A stretch of DNA of 62,633 bases, filler included, from Chiloscyllium plagiosum (lineage: Eukaryota), in NCBI RefSeq assembly GCF_004010195.1. It is 4 parts of one record of this genome, joined end to end, with 100 filler letters (N's around TTAATTAATTAA, not from the genome) between each part and the next. Parts side by side here need not be neighbours in the genome. Positions count along the whole stretch, not along the records: positions 38,778 to 51,650 come from NC_057714.1; positions 51,751 to 62,633 come from NC_057714.1; 2 more parts are not named here. The stretch is one strand, 5' to 3'. Positions 50,557 to 62,369 of this stretch are shown one piece after another. Made by a program: the position numbers and the translations under genes. The notes beneath the pieces are model-generated. The model ran no database searches and had not been told where the DNA came from. It saw only the letters and a program-made list of their open reading frames with translations. How positions within the stretch are numbered: the stretch's first letter is position 1; every line of letters starts with the position of its first letter.

Positions 50557-50872
50557 GGGCGGCATGGTGGCACAGTGGTTAGCACTGCTGCCTCACAGTG
50601 CCAGAGACCCGGGTTCAATTCCCACCTCAGGCGACTGACTGTGTGGAGTTTGCACGTTCTACCCATGTCTGCGTGGGTTTCCTCCGGGTGCTCCGGTTTC
50701 CTCCCACAGTCCAAAAATGTGCAGGTTAGGTGAATTGGCCATGTTCAATTGCCCTTGTGTTAGGTGAAGAGGTAAACGTAGGGGAATGGATCTGGGTGGG
50801 TTGCGTTTCGGCGGGTTGGTGTGGACTTGTTGGGCCGAAGGGCCTGTTTCCACACTGTAAGTAATCTAATCT
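50557..50872 (+). mobile_element. HE1-type V-SINE (a 5'-truncated sister copy lies at about 50287-50495)
   Basis: Near-identical to 10762-11078. Confidence 0.9.
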
Positions 50873-51489
50873 TTCTTGACCTATTGATATCTCCAAACTA
50901 AAAACCGAAAGAACAGCAAATGCTGTCAATCAGAAACAAAACGTTCAGCAGGTTTTGAGAAAGGGTCACTCAATCTGAAACATTAACTCTGACTTCTCTC
51001 CACAGATGCTGCCAGACCTGCTGAGCTTTGAGTAGTTTCTAGTTTTGTCTCTGAACAAACTGTTTACTTGTCTCCCCCTAGCAACCTACCATTGCACCTA
51101 TTTTTGTGCCGTCTGCAAGTTTGGCTACAGTGCATTCACTTCCTTCCTCCAAGTCATTAATATATCTGGCAAACAGTTGTGTTTGCAACACTGAGCTCTG
51201 TGGAACCCCGCTGGTCACAGCTCAACTAGGCTCTCTGTCACTGCTCATTTTAAAATATGCCCTTAAATAACATAGACAATAAAGCTGTTCCCATTTGCTG
51301 ATGGCTCGTGGACTGGGGAAAGCAGGTTTAAGATTTCGGGCAAAGGTGTGAGGTGGAAGTCGTTTTGTGCAGTGGGCGGTAATGTCCCGAAATTTGCTGG
51401 TGAGTGCGCAAATAATTGATTTGGAATGCAATTGGATTGGTTCCTGAGAGAAGTAAGCACGTAGGTCTAGGACGATGGAGCTGAGCAAT

Positions 51490-51650
51490 GGGATTCTGGA
51501 TCAGTGGTGCTGGAAGAGCACAGCAATTCAGGCAGCATCCGAGGACAGGCAAAATCGACGTTTCGGGCAAAAGCCCTTCATCAGGAATAAAGGCAGAGAG
51601 CCTGAAGCGTGGAGAGATAAGCTAGAGGAGGGGGGGGGTGGGGAGAGAGT
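51490..51650 (-). mobile_element. Neptune-type PLE 3' terminus, runs into the gap
   Basis: Same terminus as the 25601 and 54545 insertions. Confidence 0.75.
51553..51588 (-). ncRNA. Minimal type-I hammerhead ribozyme motif, canonical CUGAUGA core
   Basis: auuc CUGAUGA A GGGC uuuu GCCC GAAA CGUC gauu. Confidence 0.75.
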
Positions 51651-51750
51651 NNNNNNNNNNNNNNNNNNNNNNNNNNNNNNNNNNNNNNNNNNNNTTAATT
51701 AATTAANNNNNNNNNNNNNNNNNNNNNNNNNNNNNNNNNNNNNNNNNNNN

Positions 51751-51983
51751 CTTTTTCACGCAGAGGGTGGTACGTGTATGGAATGAGCTGCCAGAGGATG
51801 TGGTGGAGGCTGGTACAATTGCAACATTTAAGAGGCATTTGGAGGGGTATATGAATAGGAAGGGTTTGGAGGGATATGGACCGGGTGCTGGCAGGTGGGA
51901 CTAGATTGGGTTGGGATATCTGGTCGGCATGGACGGGTTGGACCGAAGGGTCTGTTTCCATGCTGTACATCTCTATGACTCTA
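51751..51983 (+). mobile_element. Young CR1 3' end
   Basis: Well-preserved CR1 3' UTR ending gtacatctctatgactcta. Confidence 0.8.
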
Positions 51984-52880
51984 AAAGGAATGAGATGAAG
52001 AAGTAACAAAACAAATCATTTGGTTTTAAGATGATTGAGATGAAATTACAGCATCTTGCCCCTTTCTGAGTTACTCCCCTTGTCTCTAAAAACAGTGACG
52101 TCCTCAAGTATGAAAACTCAAGTGACAGTCTAAGAAGTGAGTGATTACAGACTATTGAACTACAGAAGGCATCACAGCAGAAAAACATACCACTCACCAT
52201 TCTCACACTTTCCACAGATAGTAATCTGCAGAGGAACATCCATTTCACTCTTCCTTCCCCGGGTGCAAGAGAAAGATGATTTTGTCCAGGTCCTGAGTGG
52301 TGAAATCAGCCCATTCTAAGGTCTACTGCTCTTTATCTGTTAAGATGTTGAAGGTAACTGAAGCTGAAATTTATATTTATTTTAATGGATTTGAACAACA
52401 TTCGATGAACGGAGGGATGGATCACGTTTTGTGAAATCGCGGCTTCGGGGAACACATTGATAGGATTTCAAAACTGGATCTCACCCTACTTGCTGGAATA
52501 AACTTTGGAACATGCTGAAAAGAACAGGAATTTGAGAATTATCTGGGAGGTTAGATCTGTTGTGAAGGATCAAGAGGTAGGTGGCAAACATGAAAAAATA
52601 TAGGGTATATGTTCTGTTGGATTAAAAATCAGTGGCATTGAAATTCATGAATAGGTCAGATCTTAGAACTAAGTGAGAGGACAAAAATCCTCAAGATTGT
52701 ATTTTTATGAATATTCCTTCAAGCAACTCTTCCTACTTCTATCATCTAATCAACCTCTTTGTGAAGCACTGAGACATTTTATTACATGTAAAACACTACA
52801 AATTCTGCCCTTAAGTGCAAATACAGGATTTGCATTATTCATATGCTCTGTATATTTTATAATCAAGATATGTACGGTGG

Positions 52881-53200
52881 ATCATAGAATCATAAAATCC
52901 CTACAGTTTGGAAGCAGGCCATTCAGCCATCGAGTCCACACTGATCCTTCAAACAGTAGCCCATCCAAACTCTGGCCCTCCAACCCCATCCCCGTAACCC
53001 TGCATTCTCCATGGCTAACCCACCTAGCCAGCACATCCCTGGACACAGTGGGCAATTTAACATAGCCAATCCATCCAACCTGCACACCTTTGGAATGTGG
53101 GAGGAAACAGAAACACCTGGAGGAAACCCACGCACACATGAAGGGGGAATGCGCAAAATCCACAGAGACAGTCACCAGAGGGTGGAATTCCAAGAGCAGC
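52881..53200 (-). mobile_element. HE1-like V-SINE (older)
   Basis: Minus-strand core tgcgtgggtttcctccaggtg with a CR1-derived tail. Confidence 0.75.
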
Positions 53201-54899
53201 AATGCAACGTAATGCTTTAAAAAATGCAGTGCCACAACTGGATACTTCAGCACTTTGGCAATATCCGTGCAAATTTGTATTTGCTCTTTGACTCCTATTT
53301 ACAGACAGGATTTAAAGCAAGGGGGGTTGGAGTTTCCTCAACATTTAAAGTAGCAGGAAAGCAGATAGTCAAGAGTTTGTAGAATCCATCATACTGCTTG
53401 CCTTTCTCGGTTAGTCCTGCAGTTTAGTCCTCATGTCCACATTATCACCCCAGAATAGGAGACGTCCAAATGATACCACCACTTTACGTTCCTGCAATTT
53501 GTGAAATTTCAATTTTACACCTTGAATTATGTTTACTCTGTACTTAATCATGCTTAAGAAAAGATTGCATTTCCATGTACAGTTGGCATTCATGATCTTT
53601 GGCATATTCATTTAAAAAAATGTCCTGAGCAGCACATTCAGAGTTGGTAACACACATCTCTGGAGGAGGTTGGACTTGAACCTGCATCGTCTGTTTCAGG
53701 AAAGAGGGATGCTACCACTGTGCCACAAGACCCCTTACCATTGATATTCTTGACTGGACTGTGGCAAACTGTTAGCTGTCAAGTGAAGGAGGCATAGCCT
53801 GATCTCATCAGTTAGATATATGTTAGTAAGGTTTTATATTCTGTGTTAACTCCATAAATTAAGGTTGATACACTGTGAGTGAGGTGTTGCCGTTGGATAA
53901 TAACTCCTTTGAAGTTGTAACTTTCATTATAGTGCCCATTTAAGGGACTGTTAAATTGTTGATTTATTTGTTTCGCTGGTTTAATCTAAAAAGTGACAAG
54001 GCATTTATTGACACAAGTGGCGAGTTGTACAATTTGGAGCTGTGCAGTTTTGATGTCTTATTTTGTGAATAAATGTAAAACCCAATAAAGATTGACCTCT
54101 GACTGAAAATATGTAACTGGAAAGTCAACAATCCTGCTGATGAGGTGGCTGTTGGCTTTAGAGTCCAAAAATAAGCCTCACTATGTTCATCTCACAGCAC
54201 TTTTACAATTATTTTCCAAACATCTGGCATGTAAGGTGGTACTTTCAATGATGTTCAAAAGATTGTTGGTCCAAAGATAACAGTTGCCACACAGTTAATC
54301 TGTGGATGCAACCAGTAATGAAATCACTGATAACTGCTGTAGGAATTAAATGTTTACTGGCATTATTTAGAGCAAACCACAAAGTTGCCCTTACTTGGAA
54401 CATGGTCAAATATGAATAGCTTCCATGATTTTGCTGGTTGTTTTTTGAGATGAAGTTGTCATAAAATACTATACATTGAAAAAACCTCTCTTGCAAATTG
54501 ACTAAAACTTGTCTTTAACTGTCAGCAAACACACAAATAAATATGGTAAAAACAATGACTGCAGATGCTGGAAACCAGTTCATCAGGAATACTTTTCCAT
54601 GAAACGTCGATTTTACTGATCCTCGGGTGCTGCCTGATCTGCTGTGCTCTTCCAGCACCACTAATCCAGAATCTGGTTTCCAGCTCAGGCAGCATCCGAG
54701 GAGCAGTAAAATCGACCTTTCGGGCAAAAGCCCTTCATCAGGAATACTTTTGCCTGAAACGTCGATTTTACTGCTCCTCGGGTGCTGCCTGATCTGCTGT
54801 GCTCTTCCAGCACCACTAATCCAGAATCTGGTTTCCAGCATCTGCAGTCATTGTTTTTACCTCGTTGATTTTACCCCTACTGTGAATCCTCTTGCAAGG

Positions 54900-55358
54900 A
54901 TGCCTGCCTTGAAGAAGTTTTCCTCCTCTCTCTACAAGAATCTCAGGGAGTCCCTCTCCCACTGCAACTCCCAGGTCATTTCCTCTGCCCTGAAGCTCTT
55001 CAACCATGTCCTGAAACAAACTCGCTACTACGACAGCCAAATTTGTTTCCTCAGTGTTTGCCTCCGTAACCAACTCATCCCACACAGACTCCGAACCACC
55101 TTTAAACCAGCAGAGTTCGGATCCGAACAGGACAAACAGTACAGACTACAGATTCAAAAACACCAGCAACAGTTCTCCTTCAAGATCCTCCGCTCTACGC
55201 TTGCAGCAATGCACCGGCACCTAACCTCTCTACAGTCAGCCCTGCCTCAGCTGAGGGCCACACTCTCTCAGAATTGCAAAGGACCCCTTCTGTACTACAT
55301 CCTCAGGAGAATTCATACCCTCAACAAACAGTATTTCAACTCCATCAGGTATTCCTGA
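54900..55358 (+). CDS. PLE ORF N-terminal domain, 152 aa, truncated by the TGA in the hammerhead core
   Basis: MPALKKFSSSLYKNLRESL...ICFLSVCLRNQLIPHRLRTTF contains the FL..C....LIP..LR motif typical of Penelope ORF N-termini. No RT or endonuclease follows. Confidence 0.6.
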   Translation: MPALKKFSSSLYKNLRESLSHCNSQVISSALKLFNHVLKQTRYYDSQICFLSVCLRNQLIPHRLRTTFKPAEFGSEQDKQYRLQIQKHQQQFSFKILRSTLAAMHRHLTSLQSALPQLRATLSQNCKGPLLYYILRRIHTLNKQYFNSIRYS

Positions 55359-55386
55359 TGAAGGGTTTTTGCCTGAAACATCGATT
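55351..55386 (+). ncRNA. Minimal hammerhead motif, partly decayed (an antisense copy lies at 54710-54745)
   Basis: auuc CUGAUGA A GGGU uuuu GCCU GAAA CAUC gauu. Confidence 0.6.
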
Positions 55387-57764
55387 TTACTGCTCCTCGG
55401 ATGCTGCCTGAACTGCTGTGCTCTTCTAGCACCACTAATCCAGACACAAATAAATATACTCTATCATTAAAAAAAACCTACATTTTCCAGTCTTTCATGC
55501 TGCAGATGTTTTGTTGCATTCCTGCAATGTGATTCTTGAGCCCAAAGTATTTTCAAGTTGTTTTGACCAATTGTAATATTTTCAAATTTGTTGATGACAC
55601 AGAATCAGCTGGGAATGTAAACTATGAGGAGGATGCAATGAGGCATCAAGGGGACCCAGACAGGTAAAGTGAATGGGGAAGAGCAGTGACAGAGTATTTC
55701 TTAAAAGGTAGGAGTTTGGGAAGTGCACGTGCCCAGGGAGACCCAAATGCCCTTTCATTAGTCAGTAAAAGATAGCATTTAAAGGTGAAGGAGTTAATAA
55801 AGTCGGCAATTGGTATGTTTGGGTCAACCACACAGGGAATTGAATTCAAGTTGTGAATGCATGGAATGCGTTGCTAGCTGAGGTGGTGGAAGCGAAGTCA
55901 TTAGGGACATTTAAGCGACTGCTTGACATGCACATGGATAGCAGTGAGTTGAGGGGTGTGTAGGTTAAGTTACTATATTTTACGTTAGGATTAAGTCTTG
56001 GCACAGCATCATGGGCCTAAGAGCCTGTTCTGTGCTGTACGTTTCTATGTTCTATGTTCTAACTCTAGCCGCAGTTATATGGAACCTTAGTGCAATCTCG
56101 CCTGGACTATCATCTCTGGTTTTGCTCTTCTTCAGAAAGGATGTACTTCCAATGAAGGGAGTGCAACAAAGATTCAAAAGATTAATCCCAGATGGATCTT
56201 TCCAGCTTTGCTCGACCCTGCCATCATAAAGAAAACATGAGAAGTTTCTCACCCTAATTTTATTTTAAATGCAGTCCCTGCTGGGTTTCTGCTAATACCT
56301 TTGAAGTACAGATTTTTCCAGATAGCATCTTTTTTGAGATGTACTTCTGATTGTTCTGAATTTTACAAAGAATGTGTTATGTAATGTAACTTTTTAAAAA
56401 AAAACTCCCATCTACAGATAAGTACTTCATAATTAAAAGAATACACTGATTTATTCAAACAGCAGAATCACTAACCAAACCAAAGTAAAAATTAGAAAAT
56501 AATAAGTTTTAATGAAATCTAAAACACAGAAGTGATGGTGAATTCTACATTCACCAAGCAGACACGATTAACATTATTGTGACCTGCTCTTTAACTCTCT
56601 GAATTCTTTGCAGTCATCAATGAGTGCACTGTGATGCTATAATGCAACACAGATTCTAAGGCATGAAATCAATTTATAAATCCATTAAAACCTATGAGCA
56701 TATTACAGCCTCATAACATTACAATTAACGCAGTACAGGCTGTTCATTTACTTGGGGATTCGCCAGATCTCACATTAAGCTCGCTATTAGCTGTCGAACA
56801 ACGATTGTTTACAAAGATACAAGCTTGCAAGTTCTCCAAACCACACACTATCCTGATTTGGAACCAAATCACCATTCCTTAACTATCATTGGGTCAAAAT
56901 CTTGGAATTCACTTCCCAACAGCATTGTGAACATACAGCCCAAAGGACATGCAGCAGTTCAAGAAGGCAGCTCACCACCAGGGCAATTATGGATGCGGCA
57001 AGAGATGCTGCCTGTCATGTGCACACTTCTCAAATACATAAAACAAAACATGCAAGTGCAATCACATTGGACTGCTTCACATCAGCTCTGGTGAAGAGTT
57101 ATCTGGCCTTGAAATGCTAGCTTGCTCTCTTCCTATGGATGCTGCCTGACCCACTGTGATCTCCAGCATTTTTTGTTTTCAGTGAACTGTACCAAATTTG
57201 CGTTTAGCGGAGGAATTAAGCTATCTCTTCCTTTTAAGAGGCTCAGTTCTCAACAATCATGGGCATGTGTGCTTTCCCCATTGATTAAGTATCTAGGTTG
57301 GGGGAGGGGAAGGGTGCTTGTGTGTATATACACATATATACATCCAAGCTCCATCCAGAGAAACAACTAAGATCTTGTGTGCTGGGGCTAGACAAGACAA
57401 ACACTAGAAAATTTGTCATTTTATTTAAGGATCGACATGGTGGCTCGAAATGGCTTGAAGTGGCACGATAGCTCAGTGGTTAGCACTACTGACCCGCAGT
57501 GATAGGGACCAGGGTTTGATTCCAGCCTTGGGCAACTGTATGTGTGGGTTCCCTCCGGATACTCCAGTTCCCTCCCAGTCCATAGATGTGCAGGTTAAGT
57601 GGTAAATTGCCTGTAGTGTGCAGGCTAGGTGCCTTAGCTTTGAGAAATGCAGTGTTACAGGAATAGGACTGGGTGGGAGGGTCAATATGGACCTGATAGG
57701 CTAAATGGCCTATTTCCACACAGTAGGGATTCTATGATCTGTACCTGGACTCAATGGCGCTTGT

Positions 57765-58080
57765 GGGCGGCACGGTGGTACAGTGGTTAGCACTGCTGCC
57801 TCGCAGCGCCAGAGACCCGGGTTCAATTCCCGCCTCAGGCGACTGACTGTGTGGAGTTTGCACGTTCTCCCCGTGTCTGCGTGGGTTTCCTCCGGGTGCT
57901 CCGGTTTCCTCCCACAGTCCAAAGATGTGCAGGTCAGGTGAATTGGCCATGCTAAATTGCCCGTAGTGTTAGGTAAGGGGTAAATGTAGGGGTATGGATG
58001 GGTTACGCTTCAACGGGTCGGTGTGGACTTGTTGGGCCGAAGGGCCTGTTTCCACACTGTAAGTAATCTAATCTAATCTA
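57765..58080 (+). mobile_element. HE1-type V-SINE, full length (an older SINE lies just upstream at about 57460-57737)
   Basis: Near-identical to 10762-11078, with a (taatc)n tail. Confidence 0.9.
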
Positions 58081-59696
58081 AAACTCAATGTTATTACACT
58101 ATTTCGATCATTAATAAATCCCATTAAATGGTCAGACATCACACAATAATTGCAGTTTTTCATTTAAATAAATTACTCAGAGAAAACTTGCTTTTGCCTT
58201 TTAACATCCCTCGCCAACAGCCTCTCTCTTTGCCCAATTAACACGTGTCAAAAGATTAAAATTGCTGCAATTTGTTGAAAGTGGTGAATACAATATGCTC
58301 ACGGTCGCTTGTATGAAAATCCATTTGTTTTACATTTAAAATGCATTTTGCTTTCTCTCTGATGATGAGTCCAGATTGCTTTGTTTACACATAGAAGCTC
58401 TGATTCAAACAATACCATGATTCACTCGAGACTAGATGAAGCTTGGTGCCTCATCAAGGCTTTCACCAGATTCACATTTCTCGCTCTTGCCTTGTTGCCC
58501 TGTTTTGATACAAAGTGATGTGAGTAATGGAAGGCTGCAGTCTCTAAGAGGCTGTAGGGAGGGCAATAGTGTTCCTGTATGAGAGAACCTGAGCGGTGTC
58601 ATGCAGATATCTTAACAGCTTCATGGTCATCTTTACAAGCTTTGCATTTTCAGGTTTTCTTTTTCAAATTTTATATCCAATTTCTCAAATCGCCATTTTG
58701 GAAATTGAACTTATGTTCTCCAGATGCGTATTGACCAGTAAGTGTGACTGATTTAACCAATACCAAACCCTTTGCTTATATCACCCTGCATCCTACAAAC
58801 CTTCTCTTAAGAACCAATGAATGACCTCGCTCCTCCATCAGGAAAGGATGTCGATTGGCTCAGTTGGCTGGTCTGTAATGCAGAGTGATGCTGACAGTGT
58901 GGGTTCAATTTCTACACTGGCTGAAAGACTATCCTTCTCGACATCTCGTTCATCTGAGTCGTGGGGAATTTCACCTCAGTGGTCTCTTTTTAATGAGAGA
59001 GCAACCCTACGGTCTGGAAAGACTATGGCGACTTGGCAATTGTCAAAGCTGTCTATTCCAAAACTTCCAAAAACACCAAGGACGGGACTCTAAAATCTCA
59101 CTGTAGGTGCTGGTATCTGTACTGAAAACAATAAATGCTGGAGATCACAGTGCGTCAGACAGCATCCATAGAAAGAGAGAGCAAGCTAATGTTTCAAGTT
59201 TTGAATGACTCTTGATCAGAGCTGGGAGGTGGTGAGAACTGCAGATGCTGGAGAGTCAGAGTGGAGCTGGAAAAAGCCCAGCAGGTCAAGCAGCATCAGA
59301 GCAGGAGAGGAGTCAATGTTTCAGGTCGGAACCTTACATCATCAGCGCTGGCATGAAGTAGGGGAGGGGACAGCATTTATGCAAGAGTTTCAGTGAGGTG
59401 TAGAGTGCTGGGGGAGAAAAGATGTTGATATTTTAGGTTAAGTGATCGGAATGTGAGAATGCAGAACAATGGTGTGCCTAATCTGAAGATTAGGCACTTC
59501 ACAGCCTTCTGGACTTAATATTGAGTTTAACACCATCAAATTGTGAACTGACTCCAAGTCCTTCCATTTCTTTTAGCTTTCCTTGTTACATTCTCTGTCA
59601 CCAGATCGTCTCCCCCCTCCCCCCATTCAAATGGGACTGTCTGTCCTTCAAGTCTGATTAGAGACACACATTTTGCAGATGCTAGAATCCAAAGAA

Positions 59697-60666
59697 GACA
59701 GGCAGGAGGCTGGAAGAACACAGCAAGCCAGGCAGCATCAGGAGGGACAGGCAGGAGGCTGGAAGAACACAGCAAGCCAGGCAGCATCAGGAGGGACAGG
59801 CAGGAGGCTGGAAGAACACAGCAAGCCAGGCAGCATCAGGAGGGACAGGCAGGAGGCTGGAAGAACACAGCAAGCCAGGCAGCACCAGGAGGGACAGACA
59901 GGAGGCTGGGGGAACACAGCNNNNNNNNNNNNNNNNNNNNNNNNNNNNNNNNNNNNNNNNNNNNNNNNNNNNNNNNNNNNNNNNNNNNNNNNNNNNNNNN
60001 NNNNNNNNNNNNNNNNNNNNNNNNNNNNNNNNNNNNNNNNNNNNNNNNNNNNNNNNNNNNNNNNNNNNNNNNNNNNNNNNNNNNNNNNNNNNNNNNNNNN
60101 NNNNNNNNNNNNNNNNNNNNNNNNNNNNNNNNNNNNNNNNNNNNNNNNNNNNNNNNNNNNNNNNNNNNNNNNNNNNNNNNNNNNNNNNNNNNNNNNNNNN
60201 NNNNNNNNNNNNNNNNNNNNNNNNNNNNNNNNNNNNNNNNNNNNNNNNNNNNNNNNNNNNNNNNNNNNNNNNNNNNNNNNNNNNNNNNNNNNNNNNNNNN
60301 NNNNNNNNNNNNNNNNNNNNNNNCTCTTGCCTGTCCCTCCTGATGCTGCCTGGCTTGCTGTGTTCTTCCAGCCTCCTGCCTGTCCCTCCTGATGCTGCCT
60401 GGCTTGCTGTGTTCTTCCAGCCTCCTGCCTGTCCCTCCTGATGCTGCCTGGCTTGCTGTGTTCTTCCAGCCTCCTGCCTGTCCCTCCTGATGCTGCCTGG
60501 CTTGCTGTGTTCTTCCAGCCTCCTGCCTGTCCCTCCTGATGCTGCCTGGCTTGCTGTGTTCTTCCAGCCTCCTGCCTGTCCCTCCTGATGCTGCCTGGCT
60601 TGCTGTGTTCTTCCAGCCTCCTGCCTGTCCCTCCTGATGCTGCCTGGCTTGCTGTGTTCTTCCAGC
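59697..60666. repeat. 49-bp tandem satellite in two oppositely oriented arrays separated by a 403-N gap
   Basis: gacaggcaggaggctggaagaacacagcaagccaggcagcatcaggagg about 4.5 times at 59697-59920, and its reverse complement 7 times at 60324-60666. Confidence 0.92.
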
Positions 60667-60984
60667 CTCTTGCTCGTCTTCCGTGGATTCCAGCATCCGC
60701 AGGTTTTTTTGTCCCTAAGCATGACCCTGTGGCATTATTTTATTTTATTTAATATACCAAATACTGCAAAATTACTTTCCCTGTGTTTTCCAGGTGAAAA
60801 TTAACTTTGCTCAGAGGAATGGATGGCAAATCAACAAAGATTTGCATAATTTAAATGAACATTTACTGGGTGAAGGGCATGAATGAGTAACAGTGACATG
60901 CTGGCATGCAAAACTCTTCTGCAATTGCTGGGGGTGTAGAAATATTTAGAGACAAGAAAACCAAGGAAGACAAGCAGGCGGCTG

Positions 60985-61392
60985 GTTCCATTCCCACTCC
61001 CTTTCTGACATGACCATCCTTGGCCTCCTCCATTGCCTCGACAAACCACACTATAAATTGAGGAACAACACTTCCTCTTCTGCCTGGGCGACCTACAGCC
61101 TGGAAGACTCAAGATTGAGTTCTCCAATTTCAAATAACCCCCCCTCCCCATCCCCCGACTCCCTTCCCAGCCCCTCCTCCTCCCTTCCACCAACCGGATT
61201 CATTCCTTCCACTGAGCAACCAGGCCATACCCTCTATCTGTCTTCACCTATCCCCACTTCAACACCCTGCCCCCGCCAGCCCCTTTATCTGCAGCTCCCC
61301 TTACACCCACCCCCAGTCCTGAAGAAGGGTTACACTTGAAACGTTGACTTCTCCACCTCCCGACGTTGCCTAGCTTGCTGTGTTTCTCCAGG
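60985..61392 (+). mobile_element. Neptune-type PLE 3' end
   Basis: PFPLPF..MTILGLLHC...LGDLQPGRLKIEFSNF remnant, C-rich 3' UTR and terminal hammerhead. Confidence 0.75.
61315..61349 (+). ncRNA. Minimal hammerhead motif with a 4-bp stem I and GUU triplet
   Basis: aguc CUGAAGA A GGGU uac ACUU GAAA CGUU gacu. Confidence 0.62.
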
Positions 61393-62369
61393 GATGTAGA
61401 AATTGCTTTCATTGTGTTTCCATTTGAGGCTGAGAATTAGAAAAAGGCCTTGTTTAGATGAGGCACATATATCTTTCACTGCAATATCGCTGAATAGCTG
61501 ACAAAGAAATCCGCTCCCCTCTGAATAAACATTTTTGCTTTTGCAAGAAATGTTTCAGCCAAGTTCGATTCTCCATTTCATTGCTGCTGTGAAGGCTACA
61601 GGGAAGATTTGTTTACTGGCAGCGAGAGAAGCTTTCACTTAGAGAGGGAAAGGGTATTTTATTTCTCACCAAGGTCACTGACATTGGAAGTGCTTTTTGC
61701 ATTGTCGACATTCTGCAGCAGTGTTGAACGTTTTCATGTTCAGGGTCAGTGCCACTGGTTGTAGGAAGCTCTTACTCTGCAATTACGTGTCTTAAAATTC
61801 CCAACTCAGGAAGCTCTCCCACTGCTGTGGCAAATGCCAGCTTCATCTCTTCCAACGGTTGCAGTCCACCTTGTTTTAATGGCTCAAACTGAATACCTTC
61901 GCAACAACTTCTCTGCAGCCTTGTGTTACATCCACAAGAGGTGATCTGTTAAGGAGAGGATTTAATGCAGACAAGACTCTTGAGGTATGCTGGGATACAC
62001 CTGTGACCTCAGTCCTCACGTGAATCCAGAGCAGTTAAAGATGGTTGTTGCCAAATCATCATGTCTATTTGTTCATAAATACTGCTTGAAGAAATGCCAT
62101 GAGGTCTGGCCTGAGCTTACCTGAACACAGGAACATACTCAGGGCTGAATAAACATCCTGTGTGGACTTTTACAGTGTGTACTGCATCCAGGCATATTTT
62201 CCAAAGTTTTCTTTGCTATCAAGACACTGAATTTAGAAGTCCAAGCTGTAAAATGTAAAAACTTATTTGTCCAACCTGTACACCCGACTGAAGATGTTAA
62301 TAGATCTTGAGTCAAGGTTTGATGGATACCAGAATAGCTCCTGCATGTCATCCAGGCAGATATTGGATA

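Larger units (their letters stand above)
54545..55443 (+). mobile_element. Internally deleted, rearranged Neptune-type PLE (pLTR pieces, ORF N-terminus, pLTR) with a 14-bp TSD
   Basis: TSD acacaaataaatat at 54531-54544 and 55444-55457. Three direct and two inverted terminal fragments. ORF 54900-55358. Confidence 0.85.

Noticed and set aside
59697..60666. CRISPR-like regular repeats and long ORFs (239-311 aa)
   Set aside because: The units are contiguous with no unique spacers, there are no cas genes and the context is eukaryotic. The ORFs are repeat and N read-through.
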